From Chrysomallon squamiferum (taxonomy: Eukaryota > Animalia > Mollusca), in contig CM022679.1 of assembly GCA_012295275.1 (NCBI GenBank), forward strand, positions 10,230,001-10,294,000: a DNA stretch of 64,000 nucleotides, in the 5' to 3' direction. A program made the translations under genes and the position numbers. The notes beneath the pieces were generated by a model. That model worked only from the letters and a program-made list of their open reading frames with translations. It searched no databases and had not been told where the DNA came from. The stretch's first letter is position 1, and every line of letters starts with the position of its first letter. Positions 52,019-64,000 of this stretch are shown here, piece by piece.

Positions 52019-55000
52019 GCTTTTATGACTAATGAAAATTTATTTCGACATGTTATAGATAACTGAAGCAGATGAAAACTAATCCAATATATCTGTCCAT
52101 CCATCCATCTATCTATCTATATTGGAAATTCTGAAACTGAAATTCAGTTCAGACCAAATCATTTATTGTTTTAACATGGATGCAAGAAATAAAAAATGTT
52201 TTTAAAAAAAAAAAATTTATTCCTGGGAGAGAAAAAAAAAAAATCTGCATTAACTCTAAAACCCATTTTCTCTGCAGCATTCTCGGTTTCTATCAGCTCT
52301 GCGGCTTTCAAACTTGATGCCCCTTTCATGCTCTCAGGGGGAAAGGAAAAATAATGTGTCCATTTTCTGCTTAGTAACCAGCCAGTGATGTCAGAGACTG
52401 AAGTAATTGGTACACTAACGCAGAGCAGCATTGAAACCTACACAAAGGACAAGCAGAGCAAATCTGCTCCAGCTATTACAAGAACTCATTCATCAGACTT
52501 TTGCTATAGAAAACACTTTCTTAGCCTTGTTTTTTTTTTTTTTTTTTTTCTTTTCCACTTCTTCTTCTTCTTCTTCTTCTTCTTCATCGTCTCTTTCCCC
52601 TCACATATCTGAGAGTATTTGAGTTATGAGGCAATAATCGATCCTTTTCGACTAGACAGGTTTATCGATTGATCTGCACGGTGCCAAAAACCTGCTTGAC
52701 AGTTGATTGATGTGTTACTTTGGCGAGCTGGGTGAAAAATGCAGGAATAATAGGTCCTCTGGGAAACCCCCTATTTCCTAGCAGGAAGCAAAGAATCATG
52801 CTACATGCGTTGACTTAATGATCTCCAGTCACCTGGTTACCATAACAACTTTTATAATTTCTTGAAAATTGGAAAAGGAATTAAGATGTTTATTCAGTTT
52901 TAAATCAAAGTTTGTATTAGTTCGCAGACTCATTTCTGTCAAAGATAATGGAATAAAAATTAGAAAGAAATTATTTACTGAACATGAGCTTTATGCAGTA
53001 AGAAACGCAGATTTGGTTCTACGTTAAAGCTTCAGGAATTGGTTTCAAATAATATTAATGGCATCACGTAAAAACACAGTGTCTACGAACATCTGAGTAA
53101 TAACTCACACGAGCTAACATTGTTTGTATAACAAGACATTAAAGATTATTGTGTCGTGAGTACTTTTCCCCCACAGACAGGGCAACGTACTTTCAATGTC
53201 TTTAACCCAGACAGTTCAATATCTGTTTTATATGCATTAGCAACAATCTGAACAATGACTGCCAACTTCCATTTCTTCTAATCAAACAATACCCTGTAAG
53301 ACTTTTATTCAGTTACCTTGGTGGATGACATCCATTTGTTTATAATTATGATCAAACAACTTTTGCTCATAGTTAGTGATATAACTATCAGTAAAATAAT
53401 CTTCTATTTTGCTTACAGTTATTATAAGACAGTTTTGCTTGTGGACACGATGTGGCTTTTTTGTGTACAGTTCTGATAACTCTTATAGTTATTATAAAAC
53501 GGTTTATGAAGAGGTTGGCTGGCATGTCTTAAAGAAGAAATTAAAAGAATGGGAGAGAAGCTGACAAGGCAACTGATAAAGATGTCTTGTTTGCTAATGT
53601 GGAAAATTAACTTATTATAACACAACACTAAAATAGCCATAAAATTCCAAGAGTTACAGCACTTCAGACTCGAGTTCGCTTTCTGCATTCCTCAGATAAA
53701 AGTTAACAAGATATTAACTACACAAGCGAAAGCTTTAACACTAACAGCAGATGAGGAGGTGATAGGAAAGAAGACCTCAGAGCAGATTCTCGGGGATGTT
53801 TGTTGATTCACTTCTGAGGTGTGTTATCAGTCATCGCACACTGGCTAGAAACTGTTTGTTCCCTTCTGTGAACAGGTGAGCATGCTCTGCCAGTTGGTTG
53901 TTGTTGTTGGTGCTGCAGTATCAGTGATCCATCAGATAGCAAAGTGTTTGACTTGCAGCTAATGTAGCATATCAGTGTGTGTTACAATACAGCCAGTGAC
54001 TCTCAAACTGATGAGCAGTTGAATAATAACACTGGGCTCTGATCCAGAACTAAGTAGGCTAGTGTGCTGTACCTCTCTCATCATTCACTCATCTGTCTGG
54101 TACAGACAGAACTCAGTCAGAGGTTGTGTCCAAGAATTGTTAATTGATGGAATTATGCCAAGAATTAGCAGTTCTTTCTTCATTTATATGTATATATTGT
54201 CATACTTTGATATGGTCTATATACTATGATACATAAAGTTGATGAAAACTGGAACCATTATCCAGTTCCAGATTCTACCAAATGTCAGTGGATACTAATA
54301 TATAATGCTATGACTTTCCATTCTACCTTGAACTTACAGAATTAAATAGAGTGATAATTTTCTGTTGATAAACGTTTCTATTTAAGTTGACCAAACGACT
54401 TGATGCTGCTTGTTAGTGGGGATTATTTCCCACTTTTTGAATCAACACAATCATCAGTTACAACATTGTTGTGAACTAGCTAAGCTGTTTTAGATGTGGA
54501 CAAATATAACACTAGTTTATACTGAGACTCCATTTAGACATAACGGGTGTAAGTCATAATTTCCAGGTTCTGCCAGTATCAACAGATATGATATCATTAC
54601 ATACTGGTTTAGCTTCTCTGTTCTACCATCCATTCAATTGAAAACCTCTGCTGTTATAAACTGTGGTGGTCTGTCTTTTCCATTCTTAGCAAAACCGTTA
54701 GTCGTAAAGTAGTTAGAAGAAATCAGACCATTTAATACTATATTATTATGAACTGGTACAGCTTTCTTTGGTTCTGTTTAAACCTTTACTAAATCTCTAA
54801 GGGTTAAAAAAATAGATTGATATTATGTAGTGGATTAGCCTCTCTGTTTCAGGTCAACCTGTAAGTTATTTTATAATGATGTATGTTCCAAGATAGCCTA
54901 TCTCTTACAACTTCAAGCCAAAACATCAAACCTGATACACTAAAACAGAAGAAAATTATTTGTGAACTTGCCTCAACTTAGTTAATTAGCTAAAAACTAT

Positions 55001-55356
55001 TCTTTATTGTTATCTTCCTATTCTAAAAATAACCAGTGATATTCATCACAGTATTATTTTCATTAATTAGCTTAATATTCAGATACTATTTTACTGGTCT
55101 TTTAGATACTGAAATTGCAAAGTCTGTATTAGATACACCAAACCTCTTACTTGACCAGCATAGAAGTCATTCTAATTAGTTCTAAAGATATTTCTGTCTA
55201 TCTGGTCATCTATCCAATTTATTACTATTCAGAGTATATGATGTTAAGAATTAAAATATATGCTCCAGACAGAATGCTTGAACTTAGGATATATATAACA
55301 TTAATGATAGACACTGGACATAAATTAATAATGGCATCTAAAATAGATTACTATTA

Positions 55357-55394
<38 letters not shown>

Positions 55395-57496
55395 GTCTAT
55401 GTATGTATGTATTAGACATACACACATGTCTCTGTCTGTATGTGTGTCTGTGTGTGTTTAAAATAATATTGTTAATCAAAAGTGTCAAATAAGTGTGAGG
55501 AAAAATCATCTCAGGTTCAACTGAAAACATTGATTTTAACTTAAAACCAAAAAATAATGAATTATTAAATGTCTGTACAACCAGATATTATTTTTTGAAT
55601 CTTTGGCATATAATTTTAGAGTTATAAGCAATAAGGTACTCTGGTAAACTTGTAACAGACAATGGTGAAAAAAAAGATACAGACATTCCTATGTTTTCAG
55701 TATATTTGTGGGAAAAACTAAAATCTCAAAAGAAAATTCTAACCAACAATAAATGCTTGAAAAAGGGGATATATCTATAATTATAATAAATTCATAATAA
55801 TATTGTATTTACAACTAGTAAGACATTTTAATGAATTTCTAACATACTATGGTAAACTGTCTGGGGGAATCCAAGATAGGAAAGAAAAATCCTATCAACT
55901 GTAATATCATAAAAGAGTTAAAAATAAGAACTGTTTTATTTAAGAACCTCAACACATCAAAATCTTAAAGGATGTTTTTATAGGCACCCAATCCCAATGC
56001 ATTCATGATATTTTTACCATTCTGTCATCTTTAAAATTATCTAATAGAGTAATTTTATTTCCATAGATAAGAATGAAATAGATTCTTTTTTTTTTTCTCT
56101 CTCAGTATATCAGTTATTTCACAAAAAAAAAAAAAAAAAAAAAAAAGGGAAATACAATAATGAATATTTTACCTACTTAAAACTATTCCAAGAACATATA
56201 AAAGATTTTATTCTGATGTGAAAAATGTTATAATTAAAAATCAAATATTTTGGAATAGCTTTTCAGATAATTTTTGTAATCTGACTCTTTATGTGAAATT
56301 TATCAGTCTGTTTAATGTTTAATATCTTCATTTTAATACTTTTCTTTTATCAATGATTAATAATAATTCTACCAGTTATTTGTAATCCTGTAAACATGTA
56401 TTGCATAGGTTTCTGAATACACATCAGACATTTTATGTAATTAGTCAGTTCATTAAAAATCATTATAATAAATATTACATTACTGTACATACATACATAC
56501 ATATACATATATAATAATAATATTATATAATAATAATAATTTATACTGAACATTATATTACAAGGACTATCTTAACAAAAAATTATAATACATTTAATAA
56601 ATTAATTTAATACCATAAGCAATTTATCAAAAATACTGCTACTAAATCGTCATTATAAATTTAAAATATACATTACACTGTAAGACCTACATTATGATAA
56701 TTTTAACCTGTTTTCATGATGTTATTCTTTTTTAATCTTAAGTTGTTTAATTTTGTGCAAAAGAGATTTAGTGGTAACTGATAGATGTAAAAATGCAAGT
56801 TGAAGCAGGCATGCAGTCAATCTGGGGTGATCATGCACAAGAACACATTATTTTGTTACCATAGCAACCATTAATATTTAATATGTGATATTCAGTCTAA
56901 ATTTTTAATTTTTTTTTTTTTTTTTTTATAATGATGTATGTGTGTTTGTTTTTACATAAATAAACTTTGGATGTGGTGAACTTTCTCTGTGGATTAATTT
57001 TTTAAAACTTCTCAAATAAAATAGCTTTGATTAAAAGCAGATGAATTAGAGTTTAGGCTATGTAAAAAATATATATGTGTATTTTGATTTTAAAAATCTG
57101 AAATATTAAAATACTAGCTCTAAATAGCTCAAAATTAACACTATCCTGAATTTAAAAAAAAAATAATAATTAGAAAAAAAAAATAATAATAAAAAAATAA
57201 ATAAAAAAAAATATAAAGAAAGGAGAAAAGAAACAAAAAGAATTAAAAAGAATAAAATTAAATAATAGAAAAATACAGTACTCATATTTTCACTGATCAT
57301 CATCAATATTACTGTTCTAATTGCAGGAAATATATTATATGTTCAAATTATTACTATTAAAATATTTCATATTAATATGGATAAAGATATTAGTCTTGAA
57401 TACTGCATTCTCAGTTATATACTTTTAAATATTTATTAATGTATACTCTGACCTTGACCCAGAATGAAGAACTGATGAACTATATTAGAAAGCAAG

Positions 57497-57550
<54 letters not shown>

Positions 57551-58768
57551 ACAGAACCTGACAGAATAATTTTCAGATTCTAAAACCAATATTAAATTGG
57601 CATAAAATTATTCCGATTTTGCTTTGAGATTTCTAATCTTCATATCTGCATATAAAATTAACTGGTTCCTTATTTAACAAAGGTATAATTCATTTTTGAA
57701 TAAATTTGATAAATAAAAAAAGAGACTCCGGTTGGAATGAGAAAAACACTACGAGCTGATCCTCAAAGCATTGAACCATATCACCTGCTTTCATGAACCT
57801 AGACAAGAGATTCAGAAGTAGTATCATGGATGCATTTTCTGAATTATGTACAAATGTAGACCTTTTTTTTTTTTTAAAGTATTTTACTCCTTTTATCTAC
57901 TCAAATAAATGAAAAGTGTCAGTGAAATTTAGAGCAAAATATAAAGCATTCATAGCCATCATTAAAAAAAAAAAAAAAAAAAAAAGATAAAGAGATGAAT
58001 TAAATATTAATGAACTGAAAGAAAAATGTGATTGTTGTCATAAAAAAATATTTGTTTCCAGTGCTAGATAATCTCACCAGTTTAAATGGAATTTCAATAA
58101 CAAAAACAAAAAATAAAATAAAAAAATAATATAAAATAATAATAATAATAATAAAAAATAATAATAATAATAATAAAAAAAAAAAAATAAAACAATAAAA
58201 AAAAAAATAAAAAAATAATAAAAAAAAAAAAAATTAAATAAAAAAAAAAAAATATAAAATAAATAAAATAATAAAAATTAATTAAATAAAATAAAAAAAA
58301 TAAAAAAAATAAATAATAAAAATAATTAATAAAAAAAAACATTATTTCAAATTAAATAAAATTTTATCTGTTTAAAAAAAATAAATAAAGCCAAAAGACT
58401 TGACTGTAGGCATTCACAGTTCACTTCATGTAACAAGTATTATTTCACATTATTATTTTGTCTGTTCAAACACAGTAACTGTTTGTTTTCTTACAACACA
58501 TTTTTTTTTAGCTGGTTTTACTGTTTTTGTTGTTTTAGGTATCTTTATGTAACACCTGAATGCTGTATAGTATGTCAAAGAGAAAATTTTTTTTTTTTTT
58601 AAGACAAATTATTTTTTTTAGGTGGTTTTACTGTTTTTGTTGTTTTATTTCTTTTGAACAAATCTGTCATTATTTCAGTATACATCAAATGAAAATCATT
58701 TTATTTTTTTTCTAGATATATTATCTTTGAAATTGTTATTCTTTGAAGAAATCTGTGAAATGACTGTC

Positions 58769-58799
<31 letters not shown>

Positions 58800-58958
58800 T
58801 GTATGTATCTGTCTGCTAAATCACTCTTATATACATTAAATTCCTTGTTTCTGGCATGGCATACCTTTATAAAATTGCCATTATTTAATATATATATATA
58901 TTTTTTTATAAAGTTCTATTTAAATCTTTCACCTTTTTTGGTTTCTTAAAATGTTCTG

Positions 58959-58972
58959 GTTGCCATGGTAAC
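58959..58972. promoter_or_regulatory. RFX X-box palindrome GTTGCCATGGTAAC, the best of six intronic matches
   Basis: Near-perfect match to the canonical X-box GTTGCCATGGCAAC; function untested. Confidence 0.5.
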
Positions 58973-59011
58973 AAAATAATCCATGCAATAATAATAATAA
59001 TAAGAGTAATA

Positions 59012-59057
<46 letters not shown>

Positions 59058-59929
59058 GTAGTAGTAGTAATAATATATAATAAAATATTAAATAGAAATG
59101 AACAGACAGAAAGAAAAAAGTGCTGGCAACATTCATGCATTTCATAATACAGCCCACATGCAATAAGAAATCCATTAATACTTAGTGACAGTTTGTGTAG
59201 AATCAAAAACACGAAAAAAAAAATTTCAAAAAAAAAAAAAAAAATGTCTTACTTGCTTATCGAATATTCTGTAATGCTATAATGTACATGGAATGGAAAA
59301 TAAAAAAAAAATAAAAAAAAATGTAACAGAAAACAAGGATAAAAATACTTCTGACTAGAACATAAGGTGACACACAAAATCGACTGAAATTCAAAATAAT
59401 AGATGAAATGGTGAAGTTTAAAAAAATAATATAAAATTGTAATAAGGATGTATAACATTAAATAAATAAATAAATAAATAATAATATAAATCATCTGAAG
59501 TTATGAACTAGACAAATTAATCATTGTATTTACTTACAGACTCATAAAAAGTAACAAGTAACAAAATGCAGTTCAGCTCGAATAGTTGCAAAAATAAAAT
59601 AAAATAAATAATAAAAAAAATTAAAATACATCAATTTAGATATAATTTATTGAAAAAAAAATCAACAAATAACTAAATTTTACTGAAATAATTAACAAAA
59701 TAATAAACCAAAATAAATAAATAAAAATAAAAAGTCAATAATCATATAGTTTTGAAGAGGTTTTACTTTTGACACAATAAAAACCAATATAAACTTTTCA
59801 AAAAGGTCTCCAAATTCTTAAGTTCTGTTGTGTTTCATGAGCTATTTCTACATGAATAGTAAATTTTAATAGTGTACAACATCTAGCATACACAAAATAC
59901 ATAAAATGTGATGATGACCTATCACAGAT

Positions 59930-60370
59930 AGTGTTTACACAGTGACCTCTCACTGAACATACCCTTCAAAATACAGTGATTTATCACTAAAGGTTTAAAA
60001 CAAATGTTTACATAATGACCTATCATTAAATGCTCTTTTTAAAATGTTTACACAGTGATCTATCACTAAAGGTTTAAAACAAATGTTTACATAATGACCT
60101 ATCATTAAATGCTCTTTTTAAAATGTTTACACAGTGATCTATCATTAAAGATTTAAAACAAATGTTTACATAATAACCTATCATTAAATGCTCTTTTTAA
60201 AATGTTTACACAGTGATCTATCACTAAAGGTTAAAAAAAAAGAAGTTTACTTAATGACCTATCATTAAATGCTCCTTTTAAAATATTTACACAGTGATCT
60301 ATCACTAAAAGTTAAAAAAAAAAGAAGTTTACTTAATGACCTATCATTAAATGCTCTTTTTAAAATGTAT
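59930..60370. repeat. 79-bp higher-order tandem repeat (two related halves), about 5 copies; related ~30-bp degenerate units at 60560-60830
   Basis: aaatgtttacacagtgatctatcactaaaggtttaaaac plus aaatgtttacataatgacctatcattaaatgctctttttaa; shared core tgtttacac-a-tgacct. Confidence 0.92.
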
Positions 60371-61074
60371 ATCACTGATATCACTTTTTAGAGATGTTTA
60401 CAGGTTGTCATAAGTAACCCATTGACCTGTTCAGTGCTATACAGAGTTTGCTCACTGACCTATTGTGATGTTAAACGTTTTTTTTTACTTGATGAGCTAT
60501 CAAGACAAACATAGCTTACATAAAAGAAACATCACAAAAGAAACATGGTGTATTGAAAAACCTGTTTACACAATGACCTACTACTATGTATGACGGACAA
60601 TGTTTACAAAATGAACTATTGTGATATACAGTTTATGCAATGACCTACAGTGGTAGATTGTGTTTACACAATGACCTTCAGTAACAGACAACGTTTACAC
60701 AATGGCCTACTGTGGCATTCTGTTTACACAGTGACCTTCAGTGATAGATAATGTTTAAAGAAAGACGCATTACATTAGACGATGTTTATTCAGCGACCCA
60801 GAGCAGTAGACAGTGTGTTTGCACAAAGACTTATGATAAGACACAGTTCAGTTAGACAAACATGGCTACAAAATGATGAACAGACACAGAGAAATTTTGT
60901 GATAAGACTTGGAATAAAAATCCAAAATATCTGTCTTTTTCTTCTTTTCATTTTGTAGAAAGGTAATATGTATTTTTTGAAATGTTTATCAAGTATCCTA
61001 ACATTTATTTAATTAATTTCCTAATCTTGTAGATATTTTGAAACAATTTATTATTATCATTATCATTATTATTA

Positions 61075-61112
<38 letters not shown>

Positions 61113-64000
61113 GTTTTGTTATTATTTATTTTTCATTCTTTGAAAAGTACACAAATTCTATTCAGCTTGAATCCGTAAACAATTCAGAATGATCCTTGTT
61201 TTTCTTATAAAACTTGTACATTTTCCGAGTTATAAACTAACTGATTTAAAACTAATAACTTTTATTTCTCTTTTTGTTTTATAACAATGTAATATATAAT
61301 TGGTTTAAATAATTTAAAATATATATATATATATACATATATATATTTATATTCATGTTTATTAATAAAAATAAAATAACTAATATCAAACATTTCTTTA
61401 AATTTCAAATTTAAAAAAAAAAAAAAAAATTATTTTCCTAATTCTAAAATATATATTCATACAATGGATTTATTTTAAAAAGACAAACAAATAGATATAT
61501 TTTTAATATCAATTTATAAGATAAAAATTAAAATCTTATATTGAGTTTGGAATATACAATTAGCTGATTTATACATTATTTCTTTATAAACGGTAAGAAA
61601 AAATTTAAATTTTTAATTTTTAATTTTTTTTCAGTTATCTAAAATTTCAAGAATGATACCAGGAGATGGTCAGTCAAACAAGACATGCCATATTTCAAAC
61701 AAACACTAAACATTACCTACTAGCACCAGTCTCACTATTATTACTACAAAACATCTGCTTCATATAACGAATAACTACAGACATTACTCAGTATGGTTCT
61801 TTTTCAAATATATCTTATGGCAATTCATTATAGCTTTATTCATTAAGATGATCTGAAACCTAAAGCTGGAGACCATTATGGGAAAAAAGACAAAGAGAAA
61901 TAATTTCTTTGGAAATATTTAAGAGAGATGTAAAGGCTCATATGAAAAGGTTGCCTCTGGGGAAAAAATCTCCATTATTTGTATTATTTTTAGATTTATT
62001 TAAACTGCAGTGAAAAAATGAACTGAAAACTGGATTTGTATACATTTAATTTTATAACAAAAAAAAAAAAATAAAGATGTATAATTAATATTAAAAAAAG
62101 ATAAATGTAAATTTAATTTAAAATATTAAAAAAATTTACATAAATGTATTTAATTTAGAAAATAATTAAATAATTTTTTTTTTTTTTATAAAATTTAAAT
62201 AAAATGTTTAAATAAAATCTATTTCATTTGGTAAAAAAGGAAATAAGAACCATTAATGACATGCATTTCTATAAAAAGTTCTAAGATAATGTTTTTTTAA
62301 ATTTTCAAAAATGCTTTTAAGAAAAAACATACAAGTGCTTATTAATGTTTTGAAAAAAGATCTATCATGCATTTCTATTAAAATGTAAACCTAAAATATA
62401 ATATTATAAATATTTTATTAAAAAACAAACCAAGATGCACATTATATTCTTTTTATTTTTAAAATTTTGTTGTTTACATTAAGTCATTAAAATTATGAGT
62501 GCACGAATTTAAAAAATAATTCCAATAATTGATTTTATTTAAAATTTTATAATTAATAACATAACTTATTTTTCTATCTGCACACTTCAAATAACATTAA
62601 TCTGTTTTTATATCCTATTTTTAGTGATTCATAAATTATGTGAAAAAAAAAATAAAAAAAAAAAAAAACAAAAAACAAAAAACAAAAACAAAGAAAAGAT
62701 AATTTTTGACTTGCAATAAGCTATAAAATGATGAAATGACAAAGGGATGTACATAAAAATTATTATATCGCTTTCAGAAAGCCACAAATACATAGACAAA
62801 ACACTAAAACAAGAAACTTTCAGACTTCTTCAGATATCACAGAGAATTCTGCTGTATTTGTTTGTTATTGTTAACAAAGAATATGTCAGCAATGAAAACA
62901 GCCAATACTAACTGCATAAAATTTCAGTTCTTAATATTTTATTTTAATTAACAAAAAAAAAAAAAAAGATTAAATACATTAAATCTTTTTAAACATAAAA
63001 TAACAGTTTAATAACCTATGTGTGACATACAATAACTCATGTAAATGGATTTTCCATTCTTATGAATCAACAGTATTAATATTCTAATTTGGTTGTTTTT
63101 TTCCTTAAGATTTCACAAAATACAAATCAAGCATGTTTCTCAACAGAAGACATATTACAAGTCCAAAAAGGGACACACAGAAAAATATATAAAGAGGAAA
63201 AAAAAGCAATGAAAGCCATTTGGTATTTTATAAAAGAAAAAAATCTTTAAATTCATTTTAAAATATAAAAGAAAAGAAAAGAAAGACCTGACCCACTATT
63301 GCATTTATTACTACAATCGCATATACGTAAGAAATGACAAAAATATTTAATTTTTTTTTTTATGAAAGACAAGTTTTCTAGATTTATTTATAAAAACAAA
63401 AACTTAGTGATGGATTCATACAATTACATACATCTAATAAAAGTTTTAAAAAACCACAATTGCTTCCATAAAGATTTTTCTAGAATGAATGGTTGTATTA
63501 AAATTCTTCTTGCAACAGAGATACAATGAGTGCTCTGCTAAATAAAAATTAGTTAACAAATTCATCTGAGGTGTATCAAGTATTTACTGTTTGGTTCCCC
63601 ATGATTTATTCCCATTCCAACTTTTCCTTTGATATATATATATATATATATATCAAAGGTCAATGTTTGTGCCTTATCAAAGAATTATCAAGTCATTTAT
63701 CATTAATCAGAGAAAAAAATAGCTTCTAAACTGATTTTGTTCCAGAGTCCATTCAGATAATTAGTAATCTTTGGGAAAAGAATATTCTACAATAATAATG
63801 ATTTAAATCAGCATTTCTATAATTATCAGAATGTTAACCCTTAAACTGTTGGGCTCAGTGAAAATTCAATGTAACAACGTTAAAGATGAAAGGTATATAA
63901 ACTCTCTCTTTTATACCACTTATATCATAATCTTTCGACATTTATAGAGAAGTAAAAAGTACTTGAAAAGAATTATAATATTATACAGTTACAATTAGAA

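Noticed and set aside
2135-59494. Numerous ORF-track entries rich in poly-Y, I, L, F, HT or CV
   Set aside because: They are translations of (AAT)n, (TA)n, (CA)n and (TTTA)n microsatellites and minisatellites, with no protein-like content.
46007-64000. Upstream Cav3 exons (DI S1-S3) or a nested gene
   Set aside because: No recognisable WNRLD- or S2-type coding sequence or other convincing ORF was seen by eye; treated as intron, though a very short exon could have been missed.

Overview
This window is very AT-rich, microsatellite-laden animal DNA with no prokaryotic features. It is almost entirely the internal part of one minus-strand gene, a T-type voltage-gated calcium channel alpha-1 subunit (Cav3, CACNA1G/H/I family), most likely from a mollusc (inference). 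I reconstructed 27 GT-AG coding exons with consistent phases, from domain I S3-S4 (46006) to domain IV S5 (90). The 5' exons lie beyond 64000 and the 3' exons before base 1. Visible selectivity-filter residues are E (DI, unusual ISLESW), E (DII, TQEDW) and D (DIII, SKDGW), matching the Cav3 EEDD pattern. Alternative-splicing architecture known from snail Cav3 is present: mutually exclusive DII turret exons 12a and 12b (the Na+/Ca2+ permeability switch), an exon-25c-type alternative donor, and the APRASPE-bearing I-II linker. Four less expected observations stand out. (1) A 41-bp array clones the 5' splice site of a DIII pore exon about ten times, and an older array clones the 3' splice site of a nearby exon. 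(2) Rbfox-type and QKI/HOW-type motifs sit reciprocally at exons 12a and 12b. (3) Six RFX X-box palindromes lie in the introns. (4) A Mutator-like MITE is present. All coordinates were read by eye and nothing was computed or searched.
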